A stretch of DNA of 64,000 nt from Mobula hypostoma (lineage: Eukaryota). Made by a program: the position numbers and the translations under genes. Shown here in pieces: positions 43,610 to 57,939 of this stretch (its first letter is position 1; each line of letters begins with the position of its first letter). The stretch lies in the NCBI RefSeq assembly GCF_963921235.1, contig NC_086107.1, positions 111,912,001-111,976,000 of the forward strand. Reading direction: 5' to 3'. The notes beneath the pieces are model-generated. The model worked only from the letters and a program-made list of their open reading frames with translations, ran no database searches and was not told the origin of the DNA.

Positions 43610-45713
43610 AGTATCTCAGTGTCAAACCATTTACCTCCACCACCCCCCCCCCCACTGTCTCAGACTCTGTTTCATGGTCTGCAACATTGGCTGAGCAATT
43701 GCCTGCAGCTCACCTCCAGTCCATTGTCTCCATTTCTGACCCGCTGTCTGTGACTCCAGCTCTGACCTACTTTCTGTCTGAGTCTTTGCTGCTGTCTCCA
43801 GGCACGCTTTTGAGAAGCACCTTGCTTCCCCCCCCCGCTATCTGCTTGTCCTTAGATCCTACAGACTCCAGGTTTGCGCAAAGTTTCTCCAGGAGTGGCC
43901 GAGAATTATTTCCCTCTGAGGAACAGACTCCTAATTTCCAGGTGAGGGAATGTCCAGATAATCTGCAGTTTACGACAGGGACATCAGGCACACACTTGCC
44001 CACAGACTACTGGCCCCACCTTAAATGAGGCTGGACACAGCAAGGCCACAGCTGGGCACTGTGGTTGGCCAGACAGAAGAGAGTGCAGCAGGACTATTTA
44101 ATTGCCTGATACTACAATGCACTGAAGAAAGGCTGATGGCGTTCTGAAGTCAAGTAATGGGGGCTACGACACACAGAGGGATCCTCCAAAAGGAAGCAAT
44201 ACCCTTCAAATCAAAACTGGAATAAGTACTATCACTAGAATTTAGTGATGGTGGGGATGCTGTGCATCATGAGTTATACACACAGCCCATCATGAATGAG
44301 AAGAAGAGTGGCAGATAATTAAACAGCCTAGCAATAAGACCAAAAGACCATAAGATATAGGAGCAGAATTCGGCCTTGTTGCCCATTGACTTTCCTCTGC
44401 CATTTCATCATGGCTGATTCATTTTCCCTCTCAGCCCCAATCTCCTGCTTTCTCCCTGTTTCAAGAATCTATTAACCTCTTTAATCTTTTAAAGACTTGG
44501 CCTCCACAGCTGCCTATGCCAAAAATTCCACAGATTCACCACTCTCTGGCTAAAGAAATTCCTCCTCATCTCACTTCTAAAAGGACACCCTCTATCCTGA
44601 GGCAGTGCCCCCTGGTCCTAGACTCCTCCTCTCTACTCCCACTCTGTCAATACGATATGTGTGTTCGCAATAACTGGTCTAAAATACCCTAGCCCCTCGT
44701 TGCCCTGGATTCTAAATCCATGCCCAGGGTTCTGCTATTTATCAGCACACGAGGTCGCATATTTCTGGTGTGGCAAGTGGGAAAGTCACACACAGGAGAG
44801 TGTGTGAGTATGCACACGTGTAACGCAGTAATATTGTTCACACTGCAGTCAACTGTGGGGCTTTGTGGGGCTTAATACTATGACTTCTTTTGAGACCATT
44901 TCCAATAAGAATGTAACAGGAGCAAGAAAAGGCTTGCGCCGTCATTCAATACCATTAGAACCAATCTGACCTTGGTCTCACTCTACTTTCTTACCTGCTC
45001 TCTGTTACCTTTGACCCTCCAAGTCCGTCCCAACCTTGAATATACACTTAGCCTCCAAAACTCTCGACAGTACAGAATTTCACGATGCACAACTCGCTGA
45101 GAGAAGAATTCCTTTCCTTCCTCATCCCTATCTCCAATAATCAGCCCCATATTCTGAAAAACTGCACCGGTTCTAAACTGCCCCATCCCATGAAGACAGA
45201 ATATCTCAGCGCGTACCCTGTCAACCTCTTCCGAATATTATATACCTCAGGGGTCACCTCTTATTTGAATAACCTTTAATACTCCATTCAATAATTGTAC
45301 ATAAAACAATTCCTTTTCCATGGAATACATTGTCCTATCGAAAGTTCTTGGTCACATCTATACTGACCATTCTCACTCAAACCAACAAGTGCCAATAATC
45401 AATTAGCATTTAAATGTAGTGGTTATATAATTTTTGTATGATACCGATTAAAGCACTGTTTCTAATTTACTAAGGGAGTCTGCATTTAGGACTAAGATCT
45501 GTGGTTTCACACTGCTGTGGCCACTGACTCGATGCGTGTGGCCCAGACACGCACTCCATCTTGTTCTGTCTCGGATCACCTCTTGTACAAGAGCCACTTC
45601 TTGCAAAGGCTGGAGGTCACAGAAAACGCTGGAACTGGGAGAGAAACAGGGATTAACTTTCAGGTTGATGGACCTTGATCCGAATTCTATTCAGATTTAT
45701 AATTATTCAAAGC

Positions 45714-45726
45714 AATAAAGATTAAA
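45714..45726 (+). terminator. Candidate poly(A) signal of the phosphatase gene
   Basis: First AATAAA I found after the stop codon (45714-45719). It is followed by ATTAAA and a T/GT-rich stretch and would give a ~2.7 kb 3' UTR. No transcript evidence. Confidence 0.35.
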
Positions 45727-48247
45727 TTTATTTGTTGTATATCAAGCTCTTGCTGTTGATGAGAGAATTTGGGTGAAAAAAATACAAGAGTTGGGAGCCT
45801 CTTCGAGAGGGTGTGTGTACGAAGAACATCTCCATAGCCCGTTATGCCACAGTGTTCAGGGCAACAATGAAGGTCCTCCATCTCTGATGGTGTTCAGGGC
45901 TTCCTTCATCATGTCAGTAGCTTGGTTTTCACTATCAGTCATGCAAGTCCTGGGTGGAGACTCAGATGTGGAAGGAATACTCATTGCTGTTTCCTTAACA
46001 GTTTTTCATTTGGACCAGTCAGGGTTGTTAGCCCTGAGCTGAACCCCCGAACCTGGAGGACCGGCGGACAACTCTTAGTCTGGCCTCTACCCTTTGACCC
46101 GTTTGTCATAGGTGACCCTACCAAGAGCCAAAGCATTAAAGCTCTGACTCCAGCCAACATAGTTCTCCAGGCTAATGAGGCACGAAAGCCTCCAAACCGC
46201 GACAAGGCTGTGGTCCTGTTTGTGGGGGGGGGGGGGAGGAGTTCAAAGAACATACAGCACAGTAACAGGCCCTTTGTCCCACAAAATCTGTGCCATCGAT
46301 GCTGCTAATTTAATCTGCACATGGTCAATATGCCTCCATTCGCTGCCATATAAAAGTGAGTAATTGAGACAAGGTATTGGTGCATGTTAGTGAGTGTGTG
46401 TGCATACGTGCGCGCACGCCTTGCGCAAGAAATCTGAGGATCAGTCTCCACATCCTGTCCAGCTACCTGTCCTGTGCAGCTGAGGTAATCTCAGAGCCGG
46501 TCAGTTTGATGTCCTATTCCTCCGCCTGCACAGTAGCCTCTTTGATACCTTCCCCATCCCATTAAAGTTCACACTCTCTTCAAAGGCTTCCCAATCAATG
46601 CCCCTCTCAACTCCAGCCTCCTTCCCCAGCACTGCTCCTCAAAGACCCACTCCCTACTCCGTGGACTATCCCTCTCACTCAAATACCCTTATGCCCCATC
46701 CTACCAAACAGCTCCCTCTTCGACACCACTCACTGCCATCAACTTAATTCTCCCCTCCACAATGCTCCAAGCATGTCATTCCTCTACTCCCCCAGTGCCC
46801 CTCCCCATGATTTGCATTTCCCGTTTAGACTCCTATGCATTTCCCTCTCTATTGTTTATGGCTTTAAGGCTGTTCAAAGACTATATGACACAGAAACACA
46901 ATTAGTCCATTCAGCCCATCATTCTACTACGGCTGATTTATAATCCCTGTCAGCCCTATTCTCCTGTCTTGTCTCCACAACCTTTGATGCCCTTACGAAT
47001 CAAGAATCTATCGACCTCCAGTGACCTGTCCTCGACAGCTATCTGTGACAATGAATTCCACAGATCCACCACCCCCTGGCTGAAGAAATTCCTCCTCATC
47101 TTCAAAGTTCAAAGTATATTTATTAACAAGGTGTGTATACATTATGCAACCTTGAGATTCATCTTCAACAGGTAGCCCGGAAACAAAGAAACCCAAAAGA
47201 ACCCATTAAAAAAGACCGTCAAACACCCAATGTGTGGGGAAAAAAGACACAAATCAGGCGAACAATAAACACAAGCAAGTAGTGCTCTGTACTGAAGTTC
47301 ACAGAGAGAGTACGTCCCCAGACCCTTAGTTCAGTGCAGTGCAGAGCAGCGAGCTGTAAAGGCCAGTCCGTCACCTCAGACCTTTTCAATATGGCCTGGT
47401 GTCTGAATTGTTGCCCAAACATTGGGTTCAGCCCTGCTGACAAACTCCAGGGGAGGAGAAGCTGCTATGGCTCAGGGTAAATCATAACAAGACATTTCTA
47501 TTGTATTTTATGGTTCAATCTGCTGAACTGATGCAGTCTCCTCCTGGGTGTTACCTGGATTCCTATCCTTGAATTTGTGCCATATTTATATCCTCCCTTT
47601 GATGCATGAATCTGATCTAAGTGGGAGTAATGTAGGTTTAATCTGAGTAAGTAAGTCTAGTTCCTGGCTTTCACGTGCGGCTTAGCTACTAAGCCCTGCT
47701 GAACCATTACTTCTGGCAGGAGAAGGGGCAAAAGCAGGTTACTGGCGCTTTAAAGCCAACTGCTCCAGACAGATGGTGGCTCTTCAGCCATGGCTGGCAG
47801 CTCTTCTAGGAGGAGGAAATCTCTAATCTCAAACCTCCGCTGCATTGTGGCTATACCCACTCCTGGGGAAGGCTTCAAGAGTAAACCCCCGAGGGAAAAA
47901 TCCAGAGCTGAAGTCCTTGAGGCAGTCCTACGTTGAGTTCAACGCTGACTGGCAGCTCCTGTGACGCTGGTGGTGCCAAACTGTATCAGTCTCTGTCATT
48001 CCTTTGAATTCATCGACGTTGTGAAGAGGGGGAGCCTGCTGCACGGGAAGCAGCTTGCTCCCCATATCGTACTGCCCTGGCTTTCGTACTAGCCTGCACG
48101 TAGACAGCTAGGACACAACATCCATGGTCAACCCTGACCCAGTCGTGGGCCTCAAGGTGTAGTGGTGTGATGAGGCATATTACTTTGTACAGTTTTACCA
48201 CGTTGAAAGCATCACATCAATGGGAAGGTTGTTAAAGCAAGAGAATA

Positions 48248-49884
48248 CAGTTTCCCCTGCCATCCGAAGGTACAGCATTCCTATGAAACAGTTCGTAAGC
48301 CGAAATGTCATAAAGAGAAGAAGCAATTACCATTTATTTATATGGGAAAATTTTGTGAGCGTTCGCAGACCCAAAAATAACCTACCAAATCATGCCAAAT
48401 AACACATAAAACCTAAAATAACAGTAACATATAGTAAAAGCAGGAATGATATGATAAATACACAGCCTATATAAAGCAGAAATACTTTTCCACAACCATT
48501 ACTGCACTGTTCTCCGTAGCGAAAATCTCACGCAAGCGCCGTCGGCAGAAAATCTCACACAAGTGCTGTTGGCAAAGACACAGCGCAAGCGCTCTCCAGT
48601 AACCTTTAAGCTATGAAGCTGCCAAATCATACCAAATAACACGTAAAAATACACAGCCGATATAAAGTAGAAATAATGTATGTACAGTGTAGTATCACTT
48701 ACTGGAATTGGGAAGACAGCGTAGAGCACACTGATGATGGTGTGTTAGACTGAGTCGTCGCAGGTTGGCTGGTGCAGTGGCCCCCACCCTCCAGGCCGCC
48801 AACCGATACATTGCCGCGAGACACGCAGGGGTCCAGCGGTAGCCGGGAGACACACAGCACATCTTTAAGAAAAAAGCCAGAATAAACATGCTAATTAATT
48901 AGGTGCAGCCCGACACGTAATTGTCGGCCCAGATCAGTGCCGATTTCCGACTGCATCATCTATGCTCTGGGCCGACAATTACGTATCGGGCGGCACCTAA
49001 TTAATTAGCATATTTATTTCGGCTTTTTTCTTAAAGATGTGCTGTGTGCCTCCCGGCCACTGCTGCATTCTCCGCGAATCGATACAGTATCTGTCCGCGG
49101 CCTGGGTGTTGGGGTGGTGGGACACTGGGGTGTCATCTCATCATCTGTTTCCATTAGGGCAGGCAGCTTATCTTCTCCGATGACTGCCCGCCTCAATGTT
49201 GAAGATCGAGGTTCGTCGTCTGCTGTGGCTGATGTGGAAGGCTTGCTTAACTGCTGAGCCTCGTGCATTATTCTATCAAACAGTTCTTTGTAAGGACTCA
49301 AACCATCTTGCAAATATCCCCTAAACCTACGTATCCTTTCAAAATTAAAGTTGTACTTTATCATTGCAGCGAAAATATCACATAGTTGCTTCACTTTCGC
49401 TACTGCATTCGGTTTCGATTGTTATCCTTTCCTCTTTCAATTGCATCAGCTCTTCATCTATCAGTTCTTGGTCATGGGATGCCAAAACCTCTTCAACATC
49501 ATCTTCGTCAGCTTCCACAAGTCAAACTCACTTAGTCCTTACTTCATTCACCACGATCGACACGCTTAATTATGTCTAGTTTTACACTAAGTGTAACACC
49601 CTTACGAGACCATAGAACTCATCTTGCAAACCGCTGCTCACAGACACATGTTTAAGCAATGCTGGCAAGGATGCAGTTCCGAATCCGGGGAAGAGCGGCC
49701 GCTCAGGGCGCGCGCTGCCTTTTATCGCGCGCTGATTTTTTTCGCACGCTGAATTTTTTATCGTGCGCTGCTTTTTTTCGTAACAGTAAAAACACCTTCT
49801 GAAAGTGAAAACAGGGTACTAATGTAGGTGTTTCGTAACAGTGAGGTTTCGTAAAGCGAACGTTCGAAAAGCGGGGGACACCTG
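48248..49884 (-). mobile_element. pogo/Tigger-like DNA transposon, internally deleted
   Basis: TA|CAGTTTCCCC...GGGGACACCTG|TA termini. Minus-strand acidic C-terminal relic EADEDDVEEVLASHDQELIDEELMQL. Internal ~100-bp-arm palindrome. Confidence 0.8.
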
Positions 49885-50000
49885 TACTCAGAAACGACAC
49901 CCCTGAGGCTGCTATATGGCAACAGGATTAAAAGCAAGAGAAGGGGATTTGGGTCCTTATACCTGCTCCTTCATTCAATAAGATTTTAGCTAATCATCTA

Positions 50001-50067
50001 CAGTACTGAGCAAAAGTCTTAGGCATACATATATAACTAGGCTGATTAAGACTTTTGCACAGTACTG
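50001..50067. mobile_element. Tc1-like terminal hairpin at the start of a repeat split by CR1
   Basis: TA|CAGTACTGAGCAAAAGTCTTA...TAAGACTTTTGCACAGTACTG, arms matching 20/21. Confidence 0.7.
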
Positions 50068-50278
50068 GATTTGTCAACGTGGAGCAGAGAGCAAGTTTGT
50101 AATTCTGGTGGGAGCAAAGGATGTTGGGAGTGGCGAGGGTGGAGCACCATGGGAGGGGTGTGGCACAGGAGGCAGAGAAGGAGTGCCAGAGGCTGGGGGG
50201 CGGGGTGGCGAGGGTGCAGACACACCCAGCCCTGAGACACCAGGCAAAGTCACTTGGTTCCTATCATCTGGTTTATTG

Positions 50279-53200
50279 GTTATTTAAAAAGGGAGCTTCG
50301 AGAACGTTTGTCCATTATACGTGGCCTATCAGCAGCTATAACCGGAGCACCAATCGCGAGTTAAATAGTAAGGAAGGTTCAGGCATAAAAGGGAGACACC
50401 ACCTAGCGGAGTGGTCATTGACAGAGTAATCTGAGGCAGAGTGGTAGGCGATAACGGGTCGAGGTGAGGTAAGTTACCTGTGAGGAATAGAAACAGGAAG
50501 TATGTCTGTGAGGTCGGTGTTCAGTACTGGCTGTCTGATGTGGGATGTCCGGAAGACTCCCAGCTGCCCAGGCGGCCATATCTGCACCAGATGTGTCGAG
50601 CTCAGCTCCTTAGGGACTGCGTTAGGGAACCGGAGATGCAGCTTGATGACCTTCGTCTGGTCAGGGAAAGTGAGGAGATGATAGAGAGGAGCTGTAGGCA
50701 AGTAGTCACACTGGGGCCTTGGGAGACAGATAAGTGGGTAACAGTCAGGAGAGGGAAGGGCAGGGGTCAGATATTGGAGAGTACCCCGTGACTGTCCCCC
50801 TGAACAATAAGTACTCCTGTTTGAGTACTGTTGGGGGGGGAGTACGGCCTACCCGGGGGAAGCAACAGTGCCTGTGCCTCTAACACGGAGTCTGGCCCTG
50901 TGGCTCAGAAGGGTAGGGAAAGGAAGAAGGCAGCAGTGATAGGGGACTCTATAGTTAGGGGGTCAGACAGGCAATTCTGTGGACGCAGGAAAAAAACACG
51001 GATGGTAGTTTGCCTCCCAGGTGCCAGGGTCCGGGATGTTTCTGATCACGTCCATGATATCCTGAAGTGGGAAGATGAACAGCCAGAGGTCGTGGTACAT
51101 ATTGGTACCAACAACATAGGCAGGAAAAGGAAAGAGGTCCTGAAAACAGACTACAGGGAGTTAGGAAGGAAGTTGAGAATCAGGACCTCAAAGGTAGTAA
51201 TCTCGGGATCACTGCCTGTGCCATGCGACAATGAGTATAGGAATAGAGAGAGGTGGAGGATAAATGCGTGGCTGAGGGATTGGAGCAGGGGGCAGGGATT
51301 CAGATTTCTGGATCATTGGGATCTCTTTTGGGATAGGTGTGGCCTGTACAAAAAGGACAGGTTGCACTTGAAACCGAGGGGGACCAATATCCTGGCAAGG
51401 AGGTTTGCTAAGACTATTGTGGAGAGTTTAAACTAGAATTGCTCGGTGGGGGGGGGTGGGAACTGAACTGAAGAGACAGAGGAAGGGGCGGTTGGCTCAC
51501 AAATAGAGAAAGCATGGAGACAGTGCGAGAGGGAAGATAGGCAGGTGATAGAGAAGGGATGCACTTAGACCGATGGTTTGAGATGTGTCTATTTTAACAC
51601 AAGAAGCATCATGAACAAAGTGAATGAGCTTAGACCGTGGATCAGTACTTGGAATTATGATGTTGAGGCCATTACAGACACTTGGATGGCTCAGGGGCAG
51701 AGATGGTTACTTCGAGTGTCAGGCTTTAGATGTTTCAGAAAGGACAGGGAGGGAGGCAAAGGAGGTGGGGGCGTGGCACTGTTGATCAGAGGTAGTGTCA
51801 CGGCTGCAGAAAAGGACTAAGTCATGGAGGGATTGTCTACTGAGTTTCTGTGGATGAAAGTTAGAAACAGGAAGGGGTCAATAACTCTACTGGGTATTTT
51901 TTATAGACCATCCAATAGTAACAGGGACATTGAGGAGCAGATAGGGAGACAGATTCTGGAAAGGTGTAATAATAACAGGGTTGTCGTGGTGGAAAATTTT
52001 AATTTCCCAAATATCGATTGGCATCTCCCTAGAGCGAGGGGTTTAGATGGGGTCGAGTTTGCTAGGTGTGTTCAGGAAGGTTTTCTGACACAATGTGTAG
52101 ATAAGCCTACAAGAGGAGAGGCTGTACTTGATCTGGTATTGGGAAATGAACCTGGTCAGGTGTCAGGTCTCTCAGTGGGAGAGCATTTTGGAGATAGTGA
52201 TCACAATTCTATTTCCTTTACCATAGCATTGGAGAGGAATAGAAACAGACAAGTTAGGAAAGCGTTTAATTGGGGTAAGGGGAAATATGAGGCTGTCAGG
52301 CAGGAACATGGAAGTATAAATTGGGAACAGATGTTCTCAGGGAAATGTACGGCAGAAATGAGGCAAACGTTCAGGGGATATTTGCACGGCGTTCTGCATA
52401 GGTACTTCCAATGAGACAGGGAAAGGATGGTAGGGTACAGGAAACGTGGTGTACAAAGACTGTTGAAAATCTAGTCAAGAAGAAAAGAAAAGTTTACGAA
52501 AGGTTCAAAAAACTAGCTAATGAACAGGTGGCAACAGGTACCGATCTAAATGTAGTGTACTTAAATGCATGCAGCATTAGAAATAAAGTGGATGACCTTG
52601 CTACACAGCTGCAGGTTAAAAGGTATGACATTGTGGCCATTACCGAGTCATGGCTAAATGATGGATGTGATTGGGAGCTGAATATTCCAGGATACACAGT
52701 GTACAGGAAGGATAAGAAGGTAGGTAAAGGGGGTGGCGTGGCCCTGATGGTAAGTAACGATATCAAATCAATAGAAAGAAGGGACATAGGATCAGAAGAG
52801 GTAGAATCCTTATGGGTAGAATTAAGAAATGGCAAGGGTAAAAAGACACTAATAGCAGTTATATACAGGCCTCCAAACAGCAGTCGGGATGTGGACTACA
52901 AGTTGCAGCCGAAAATAGAAAAAGCGTGTCAGAAGGACAATGTCCAAATAATTATGGGGGATTTTAATATGAAAGTAGATTGTGAAAGTCAGGAAGGTAA
53001 TGGATCTCAGGAGAGGGAGTTTGTAGAATGCCTACAGGATGGCTTTTTGGAGCAACTTGTCCAGAAGCCCACCAGGGGACCGGCTGTTTTAGATTGGGTG
53101 CTGTGTAACGAACCTGAGGCGATTAGGGAGCTGGAGGTAAAGGAACCTCTTGGAAGTAGTGATCATAATATGATTGAGTTCAGTTTCAAATTTGAAAAGG

Positions 53201-56200
53201 AGAAGCTGGTATCAGGTGTATCAATATTTCAGTGGAACAGGGGAAATTACACTGGTATGAGAGAGGAACTGGCCCAAGTCAAATGGAAAAGTAAACTAAA
53301 TGGAGGGACAGCAGAGCAGAATTGGATGAAATTCCTACAAGAAATAAGGAAAATGCAGGAAAAATATATCCCAAGAAAAAAGAAAATCATGAATGGAAAA
53401 ATGGCACAAATGTGAGAGAGGTTAAGGCAAAAATAAAAGCAAAAGAAACAGCGTACAAGGAAGCAAAAATTAGTGGGGAAAATGAGGACTGGAAGACCTT
53501 TAAAAACTTACAGAAAGAAACTAAGAAAGTTATTAGGAAAGAAAAGATGAATTATGAAAGGAAGTTGGCGATTAACATAAAAAAGTATACTAAGAGTTTT
53601 TTTTAAATATATGACGAGTAAAAGAGTGACAAGAGTAGATATGGGACCAATTGAAAATGATGCTGGAGTAATTATAATGGATAACAAAGAGATGGCAGAG
53701 GAACTGAATGAATATTTTGCATCAGTCTTCACAGTGGAAGACATGAGCAATAAACCTGATAGCCAGAGGTATCAGGGAATAAAATTAGGTACAGTCAAGC
53801 TAACTAGAGAGAAAGTGCTTGGGAAGCTAAGTGGACTAAGAATAGATAAGTCTCCCGGCCCGATGAGGTGCACCCAAGCGTTCTGAAGGAGGTGGCTTTG
53901 AAGATTGTGGAAGCATTGGAAATGATCTTCCAGGAATCAATAGACTCTGGCATGGTTCCGGAGGACTGGAAGGTTGCAAATGTAGTTCCGCTATTTAAGA
54001 AAGGAAGGAGGCAGCAAAAAGAAAATTACAGACCTATTAGTCTGACATCGGTGGTTGGAAAGATATTGGAGTCAATCCTCAAGGATGAGGTTATGAAATA
54101 CCTCGAGGTGCATGACAAGATAGGCCGAAGCCAGCATGGTTTCATGAAGGGAAGATCCTGCCTTACCAACTTATTGGAATTTTTTGAGGTAATCTTGAAT
54201 AAGATTGACAAGGGAGAGGCTGTGGATGTTGTGTATTTGGATTTTCAAAAGGCCTTCGATACGGTGCCGCATATGAGGCTGCTTAATAAGATGAGAGCCC
54301 ATGGAATTATAGGAAAGATATTGAAATGGGTGGAGCATTGGCTGATAGGCAGAAAGCAAAGGGTGGGAATAAAGGGATCCTAATCTGATTGGTTGCCTGT
54401 TACTAGTGGTGTTCCGCAGGGGTTGGTGTTGGGGCCGCTTCTTTTTACGATGTATATCGATGATTTGGATTGTGGATTTAATGGTTTTGTGGCCAAGTTT
54501 GCGGATGACACCAAGATAGGTGGAGGAGCAGGAAACGTTGAAGAAATGGAAAGGTTGCAGAGAGACTTAGTCAGTTTAGGAGAGTGGGCAAAGAAATAGC
54601 AGATGAGATACAACGTTGACAAATGTACGGTTGTACATTTCGGAAGAAGAAATAATCGGGCAGATTATTATTTAGATGGGGAGAAAATTCAAAAATCGGA
54701 AGTGCAAAGGGACTTGGGAGTCCTCGTGCAGGATACCCTAAAGGTTAACCACCAAGTTGGATTGGCGGTAAGGAAAGAGAATGCTATGTTGGCATTCATT
54801 TCGAGAGGAATAGTGTATAAGAGTAAGGAGGTGTTGATGAGGCTTTATGGGGCATTAGTGAGACCTCACTTGGAATACTGTGTGCAGTTTTGGGTCCCCT
54901 ATCTTAGAAAGGATATACTAATGTTGGAGAGAGTTCAGAGAAGATTTACAAGGATGATTCCTGGAATGCAGGGGCTAACATATGAGGAGCGTCTGTCGGC
55001 TCTTGGATTGTATTCATTAGAGTATAGAAGAATGAGAGAGGATCTCATAGAAACGTTTTGAATGTTGAAAGGGTTGGACAGAGTAGATGTGGAAAGGTTG
55101 TTTCCCTTGGTGGGTGAGTCCAGGACAAGAGGCCATAGTCTTAGAATTAGAGGGTACCCAGTTAAAACAGAGATGAGGAGAATTTTTTTTAGCCAGAGGG
55201 TCGTGGATTTGTGGAATTCGTTGCCACATATGGCTGTGGAGGCCCGATCATTGAGGGTGTTTAAGGAGGAGATTGACAGGTATCTAATTAGTCAGGGTAT
55301 CAAGGGATATGGGGAAAAAGCCGGAAACTGGAATAGATGGGTGAATAGTTTAGCTCATGGGGGAGCTGCGGAGCAGACTCGATGAGCCAAATGGCCTACT
55401 TCTGCTCCTTTGTCTTGTGATCTTGTGAATGATAGAGATCTAGAAGATTATAAAGCCAGCAGGAAGGAGATTAAGAATGAAATTAGGAGAGTCAGAAGGG
55501 GTCATGAGAAGGCCTTGGCGAGCAGGATTAAAGAAAATCTCAAGACATTCTACAAGTATGTGAAGAGCAGGACGATAAGACATAAGAGAATAGGCCCAAT
55601 CAAGTGTGACAGTGGAAAAGTGTGTATGGAATCGGAGGAGATAGCAGAGGTACTTAATGAATACTCTGGAAAAGGATCTTGGCAATTGTAGGGATGACAC
55701 AGCGGATTGAAAAGCTTGAGCATATAGACATTAAGAAAGAGGATGTGCTGGAGCTTTTGGAAAGCATCACATTGGGTAAGTCTCTGGGACCAGACGAGAT
55801 GTACCCTAGGCTACCGTGGGAGGCGAGGGAGGAGATTGCTGAACCTCTGGCAATGATCTTTGCATCATCAATAGGGATGGGGGAGGTTCTGGAGCACTGG
55901 AGGGTTGCAGATGTTGTTCCCTTATTCAAGAAAGGGAGTAGAGATAGCCCAGGGAATTATAGACCAGTGAGTCTTACTTTAGTAGATAGTAAGTTGATGG
56001 AAAAGATCCTGAGAAGCAGGATTTATTAACATTTGGAGAGGCATAATATAATGAGGAATAGTCAGCATGGCTTTGTCAAAGGCAGGTCGTGCCTTACGAG
56101 CCTGATTGAATTTTTTGAGGATGTGACTAAACATGTTGATGAAAGTAGAGCAGTAGATGTAGTGTACTGTATATGGATTTCAGCAAGGCATATGATAAGG

Positions 56201-57340
56201 TACCCATGCAAGGCTTATTGAGAAAGTAAGTAGGTATGGGATCCAAGGGAACATTGCTTTGTGGATCCAGAACTGGCTTGCCCACAGAAGGCAAAGAGTG
56301 GTTGTAGACAGGTCATATTTTACATGGAGGTCGGTGACCAGTGGTGTGCCTCAGGGATCTGTTCTGGGACCCCTTCTATTCGTGATTTTTATAAATGACC
56401 TGGATGAGGAAGCAGAGGGATGGGTTAGTAAATTTGCTGATGACACAAAGGTTGGGGGTGTTGTGGATAGTGTGGAGGGCTGTCAGAGGTTATAGCGGGA
56501 CATCAATAGGATGCAAAACTGGGCTGAGAAGTGGCAGATGGAGTTCAACCCAGATAAGTGTGAGGTGGTTCATTTTAGTAGGTCAAATATGATGGCAGAA
56601 TATAGTACTAATGGTAAGACTCTTGGCAGTGTGGAGGATCAGAGGGAACTTGGGGTCCAAGTCCATATGACATTCAAAGCTGCTGCGCAGGTTAAGAAGG
56701 CATACTGTGCATTCGCCTTCATCAACCGTGGGATTGAGTTTAAGAGCCAAGAGGTAATGTTACAGCTAGATAGGACCCTGGTTGGACCCCATTTGGAGTA
56801 CTGTGCTCAGTTCTGGTCACCTGACTACAGGAAGGATGTGGAAACTATAGAAAAGGGACAGAGGAGATTTAGAAGGATGTTGCCTGGATTGGAGAGCATG
56901 CCTTATGAGAATAGGTTGAGTGACCTTGGCCTTTTTTCCTTGGAGCGACGGAGGATGAGAGGTGACCTGATAGAGGTGTATAAGGTGATGAGAGGCATTG
57001 ATCGTGTGGATAGTCAGAGGCTTTTCCACAGGGCTGAAATGGCAATCACAAGAAGGCACAGTTCTAAGGTGCTTGGAAGTAGGTACAGAGGAGATTTCAG
57101 GGGTAAGTTTTTTTTAAACAGAGAATGGTGAGTGCCTGGAATGGGCTGCCGGCAACAGTGGTGGAGGCGGTTTTGATAGGGTCTTTTAAGAGACTCCTGG
57201 ATAGATACATGGAGCGTAGAAAAATAAAGGGCTATGTATAACCCGCGGTAATTTCTAAAGTAAGTACATAATTTGGCACAGCATTGTGGGCCGAAGGGCT
57301 TGGATTGTGCTGTAGTTGTTCTACATTTCAAGTTTCTATG
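50279..57340 (+). mobile_element. Near-full-length CR1 LINE (5' UTR, ORF1 zinc-finger/leucine-zipper plus SGNH esterase, ORF2 APE-RT), decayed
   Basis: ORF1 ATG at 50502 (GCLMW..GHICTRC..QLDDLRL), then VIGDSIVRG..VHIGTN..DRLHL. ORF2 has [30 protein letters not shown] and FADD. Multiple stops and frameshifts. Confidence 0.92.
52524..55427 (+). mobile_element. Second-subfamily CR1 (nearly complete ORF2) nested in the outer CR1
   Basis: Has its own APE (YLNACSI..ITESWL..MGDFN..SSDH), RT and (TCTTGTGA)n tail. Flanked by AATGA (52519-52523, 55428-55432). Confidence 0.92.
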
Positions 57341-57939
57341 ATCATTACAGAATATCTCTCTGGTGCTTCCCACTCCCTTCCACTTTTCCCCAACCATGAT
57401 TCTCCTCTCTGTGCCCCCTTCCCACTCTCTGTCCACAACAGAGACCCATATCAGAATCAGGTTTATCATCATTCACATATGTCAACCTATCCAATAGTCT
57501 GCATTTATGCCCCATCCACAGCCTATCCTTCCTCACAGTCCATCTACACATTGCATATACCTCCATTTTATTGGAATTATAGCATTATAGAAGGGTACAG
57601 CACAGGAATAGGCCATTAAACCCACAAAGTAAATTAAGCCTCTAACATATTTGCCTCTACCACCATACCAGGCAGCGCATTCCAGGCATCCACTTGCCTC
57701 TGAGTAAGAAAAATTTACCCCTCACATCCGATTTTAACCTATCCCCTCTCACCTTCAATGCATCCCTTCTGGTATCAGACATCTGGTCAGCAAAGATGCA
57801 TACATCAGAATGCTCTTTATCGATTAAAGCTCGGCATTTAACACCATCATTCCCTCAAAACTAATCAGTAAATTCCAAGATCTGGACCTCAATATCCTCT
57901 TGTGCAACTGGATCCTGGATCCTTGTAGGCCCCAGTCAG

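Noticed and set aside
43551..43610. CTGATGA and CTGAAGA words as another hammerhead
   Set aside because: No properly placed stem II plus GAAA follows either word; better explained as a non-LTR 3' UTR fragment.
43582..44028. 148-aa (+) and 78-aa (-) ORFs after the stop codon
   Set aside because: No recognisable domain or convincing splice context; probably 3' UTR sequence.
50831..51436. SGNH/GDSL esterase ORF as a cellular enzyme
   Set aside because: It sits directly upstream of CR1 ORF2 and is the known esterase-type CR1 ORF1.
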